Shown here piece by piece: positions 59,900 to 64,000 of a stretch of 64,000 nt of DNA. The number at the start of each line of letters is the position of its first letter. Positions within the stretch are counted from its first letter, which is position 1. Where the stretch lies: the NCBI GenBank assembly GCA_001949185.1, contig BDGG01000006.1, positions 416,827 through 480,826 of the forward strand. Reading direction: 5' to 3'. The notes beneath the pieces were generated by a model, which ran no database searches, was not told the origin of the DNA, and was given only the letters and a program-made list of their open reading frames with translations. Source of the DNA: Ramazzottius varieornatus. Its lineage: Eukaryota > Animalia > Tardigrada. The position numbers were made by a program, and so were the translations under genes.

Positions 59900-62102
59900 T
59901 CAGACGGCTTGACCTTTTCTGCGACCTTCACAAAAGTAGTCTCTTTGTAGCCACCAAGACGGATGAGCATCAGCATAGCGATTTATTGTGTGTCTCCAGC
60001 TACGATCGGAATCAGAACACTTGAGGGTCAAGGACCGATCAGCACCTCTTGCCCACATGAGTAAGGGCAGCACGGTATCTTCGCAGGCTCCACATGATAT
60101 CATGTTACTGCCAAATGATACAAATTGTCTTTCACAAAAACTACTGTTCATGATGTCCAGCAGCATAATCGCCGAGAAGACTGATTGTATGTTGTCTGTG
60201 GAATCGAAACTGCACAAACTAGGCAGCGGCGTGGTAGGCTGGCTGTCGAATGTCACATTCATTAGTCGGCGATTCCCGGTGAGCTTTAACGTCTGCCAAA
60301 TCAAGCAACACAGATCAAGAGAGCAGAAACGAGGAGAGTAAACGGGAGTAGGTCGTTTGCATATGTGATTTCGGTTTTCGACGGATTATCTTGAAATCTC
60401 TTTGCGACTTTGTGTGACGACTTTCGAAGTCTAAGTTAAGCTGGATGTTACCAGCAGGCTTTTGTCAATTTTCTGGAAAAAGAAAGCCAGCTGCTGTAAA
60501 CGTCCTAGAAGATAAGAGAAAACGAGGAGGAAAAGGAGGACACTCAAAACTGAATCCCATTCGGAAAATGTTTGTCTGTCGACAGCGGCGGCCAGATCCA
60601 AAAAGTGTTCGGAAATCTAGTATTAAGTAACTTGTGCTATGTAATGAAGAATACACAGTATACAAATCAGCCTGTAGAACCTCAAAGAAAGGTTTTTCTG
60701 AAAATACCAGGTGGTGCGCATCGTTGTCTGAGGTGAGCAAGTTTAATGAGACATTCAATTTCTAGTTATTCCTGTCTCGCGGCCTTAACCAGTCCTTTGG
60801 ATGTTGTCTTAGGGAACATTGCCGATATGTTTTCTAATACAATACGGGCTTGGAAGGAATTGATCGTCGAGAAGCAGTGCGAGACACTCGTTATCTTTGA
60901 AAACTCTTGGACTTTTTAGCGGTAAACTTGCAACCGGCAGACTTTTCTGAAAAATTATTCCGACCAAAACTTTTGCCTGCTTTCGAAATTATATTCATCT
61001 TGCTATAGTGTTCGACACTGCTTGAATTCGTAACCCAAGCAGGTGAATAGTAATGGTCAATACAGTAAAACTGGCGGATTTTACAAGATTTTGAGGTGAG
61101 CTAAAAATTTTTCAGGAATGTTGGGAACACCTGGCAATGGCGGTGCACTAGGAAATATTTAACTATAGGTAAAGTAAACCGAAATTTCATAGGTAAAGGC
61201 CTGACACCTGGTGATTTGGTCCGTTTTGGCACGGTCTTCTGGACATGAAGGGGAGGTTTGATGAAGATTTAAGAGAGGAAAAGCTTAGCCGTTCTTCTCC
61301 GCGGAGAAGCGCATAGGGTTTTCAGGCTGATTGACTGAACGCGCAGAGAAAAACGGTTAAAGTTAACCATGGTCAACGGAGAAACAGTTAAAACTTTGGA
61401 GAAGAACGGCCAGCTTGGCTTCTCTTCTCCTCACACCTACTGGCCATATTATAATCTACTGTAGGCGGAAAATTCACTACGGTCTTCTCCAGAGGAACAA
61501 GCTTGGCTTGAGATTTTTACCTGCAATGACGTTGCAACGGGCTTCAATTCATCCCAGGAGAACATTTCCAAAGTGTAGTCTTCCTTCAGTTGCAAAACTT
61601 TCAGCATGGGAAGCTGCTTTAGTTCTGAGCCTAGTGCCGCCAGAGCGTCCAGTGCAAAATTACTGACACTACAATTGTGCATGATCAGTTCCAATAAACC
61701 TGTAAAATCCTCTAGATCTGTCTTTTCCAGTGTTCTCAAGTAAGTACTGTGGATGATAAGTGTCAATATATTTTGCCGAACTATGTTCCGCGTGAAGCTT
61801 TGCAGGGGAAACTTTGCCAGATGCCCGGAATCACTCATATACCAACACGAGTTAAATGTCAACTCCACAGCATCCTTTAGCAGCGGGAGGGAAGACGTTG
61901 TCTGAATTTGAACTTGCTTAATGGTGAGATTCGTCGCGTTTGTTGGGAAGTAAACGTCATTATCCTCTGGCCAGTGTCCGTCAGCGCAAATAACGGCGTT
62001 AGCTGTGCCCTCATCAGGGTTGTCTTTATAAAGCACGGTGTTACACTGGCTGCATTCCCTTGTTATAAGGTAAATTATCGCTAAAAACCTGGACGTACAC
62101 AT
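59900..62102 (-). CDS. Secreted leucine-rich-repeat-like protein (two exons; no TM or kinase seen)
   Basis: Signal peptide; LRR-like LTLIIHSTYLRTLEKTDLEDFTGLLELIMHNCSV. Exon 1 (~62102-61521) splices to exon 2 (~60292-59900), which carries an LRRCT-like CGACEDTVLPLLMW...C. Confidence 0.72.
61272..61430. repeat. Short inverted-repeat element in the LRR gene intron
   Basis: aagcttagccgttcttctcc ... ggagaagaacggccagctt. Confidence 0.45.
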
Positions 62103-64000
62103 TTTTGTAAGGTGTGAATTCTCTCAGTAGCATTTTATTGATGAATTCTTTTGTCGGACACGTTTTCCAGTATGGCGTACGCTCAAGTTGGGCAAGCCAG
62201 GCACTTTGTGGTGTTACTAAACCGTTCTCAATTCAAACAAAGCAATCAGTCTGGATACGGAAAATTCGTTCGTGATCGCAAAAGGTATTGCGTTATCGCA
62301 ATTCGCAGATAATTTGCGACATCACGGACATTTAAGACATCTGTCACGGTTCAAAACATGATGCCAGTTTACTTTCGCTCTTAAACAATGCCATGAATAT
62401 GCATCCGTGCGCCTATGCGACCGCCAAATTATCTTCGGGCTTTCGCTAATTTCAAAAATCCCAAATTTGGGCGATATGCCTCCACACATACCATCCGCTC
62501 AGGCCAACCTGTTACCATTCATCAAATCGAGCCAGCGTCGACTCGATTGATATTTCACTTCAAAACTAATTTTTCCCAGGTGGTAAGTCCTACAGTCCTA
62601 CTTAATAGAGAAGTTGCACTTTGCACAGATGGTTTGAACAAACGACAGTTTGGACAAAACGATTGCATTTAGAAAAGTTTAAACATTCAAGATTTGTAAT
62701 TCGCCTCGCGATTCCCGAAACGAGGGGGGGGGGCTTCGTTCGTGAATCACGAAGAAAATCACCCGTAGATTTCAAACATGAACGAGTTGCCGTCAGTAAT
62801 GCTCTGGCTGGCCCGAAGCACTGGGAAGCGTAATCGGTGCCCGGGCAACACAGGGCCTCCACTCCGGACAATCAGTCAATCAGATTTGCATTTGAGCCGG
62901 CTCTTCTTTAACTTAGTGGGCTAATTGCTGCTGAACAAACCACCATGACCAGCAGCGGTCGTTTGTCCCAACCTTTTCCTCAAACTCGCCCGCGTTGTGC
63001 AACTTCTCAAAGCTTCTAGCGAATGCTTTTATAAACTTCGATTTTCAACATTAATTAGTTCTCGATTGTTCAGACCATCTGCGCAAAGTGCAACTTCATT
63101 AATGCCTGCTGTAAAATTATCCGCGAGAAATCTGCTTCCGAACAGTGAGGATCGACAGTAATGTCGCCAAGGTGCACAGTGAAAAACGAACCAACTTTCT
63201 CAGCTTTCAAGTCCGTTTTCGGAAAATTGTTCTTCAGTTTTCCGTTGAAGTCCCGTATTACTGATGCTGTAAACAACTAGAACAAAGACTGAGCTACAGG
63301 AAATCTGGTCACAAGCTTGAATCTGCCGTTCTGGAAAAGAGCTAGAATTGTATCCCAAAGCGAGTTTTCCCGGCAGAACGGTCGAATTCGGAGGATTCAA
63401 CTTCATTGCCAAGTGTAGCCCAGATCTTTTTCGGTTTTCTTGTTTGTTCCCAACGGCTAGGATAGTGTCTGTCTGTTTACATCAAATTAGGGATGAAAAC
63501 TCACAGATGGAATTTTTTAGACTGCATTTCACTGGCCGCCGTACGTCTTCTCCAGCGGAAATCGTACTAATCAAGTTTTTCGAAGTGTTCGCTGGCACAA
63601 TTAAAGGGATCATGGCTCAGTGGGAGAAGTTGGAAAATTTTTATGGAAAGTGCGGAAGAAAGAATGGTAAGGCAGAAGCCCAATTTTTTCTTTGTCGAAA
63701 TGCCAGGTGGCAGCAAGCTGGCCTGAGCGGGGTGTAACTACATGTACAAAACAGATGAAAAATGTTCAAACTCCTCTCCTGACACTTAAACGCTCAATAA
63801 AGCCATTTTGGGCATATCGTCACGCTGAAAAATTGCAATGTTCAGGTTCAAAACGATTACTCCTACTTCGAATACAGTAACAGTAAAGAACTAAGAACTT
63901 ATCTTTTGGAATTTTCGAATGTACGGACTTGTCAATCAAGTTCATTTGATTTATTGACGTTTCGAGTGTGCGTACGTAAACCATTTCACGACGCAGTGAT

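Overview
Eukaryotic (animal, ecdysozoan) genomic DNA with short GT-AG introns. The compact layout and gene content suggest a tardigrade-like genome, but this is inference only. The left half (1 to ~33.4 kb) is a block of recognisable spliced genes: a Spaetzle/neurotrophin-like cystine-knot ligand, the slowpoke BK channel, a myristoylated PPPDE-like peptidase, fuseless, trachealess-like bHLH-PAS, an E93/LCoR-like factor, a divergent WDR5 paralog and a CENP-B/pogo-derived DNA-binding protein without a DDE domain. The right half is a fast-evolving accessory region. It holds a four-copy cluster of GPI-anchored Ly6/three-finger genes (two intact, two pseudogenes), a 3.2-kb two-gene PIF/Harbinger-superfamily transposon with long TIRs, an ACT target duplication and its own MITE family, a disabled LRR-like receptor tyrosine kinase with a kinase-less secreted paralog, hAT remnants and many (some nested) MITEs. 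A 105-bp inverted chimeric copy of Ly6 exon pieces lies in a bidirectional promoter. No rRNA, tRNA or CRISPR array was found.
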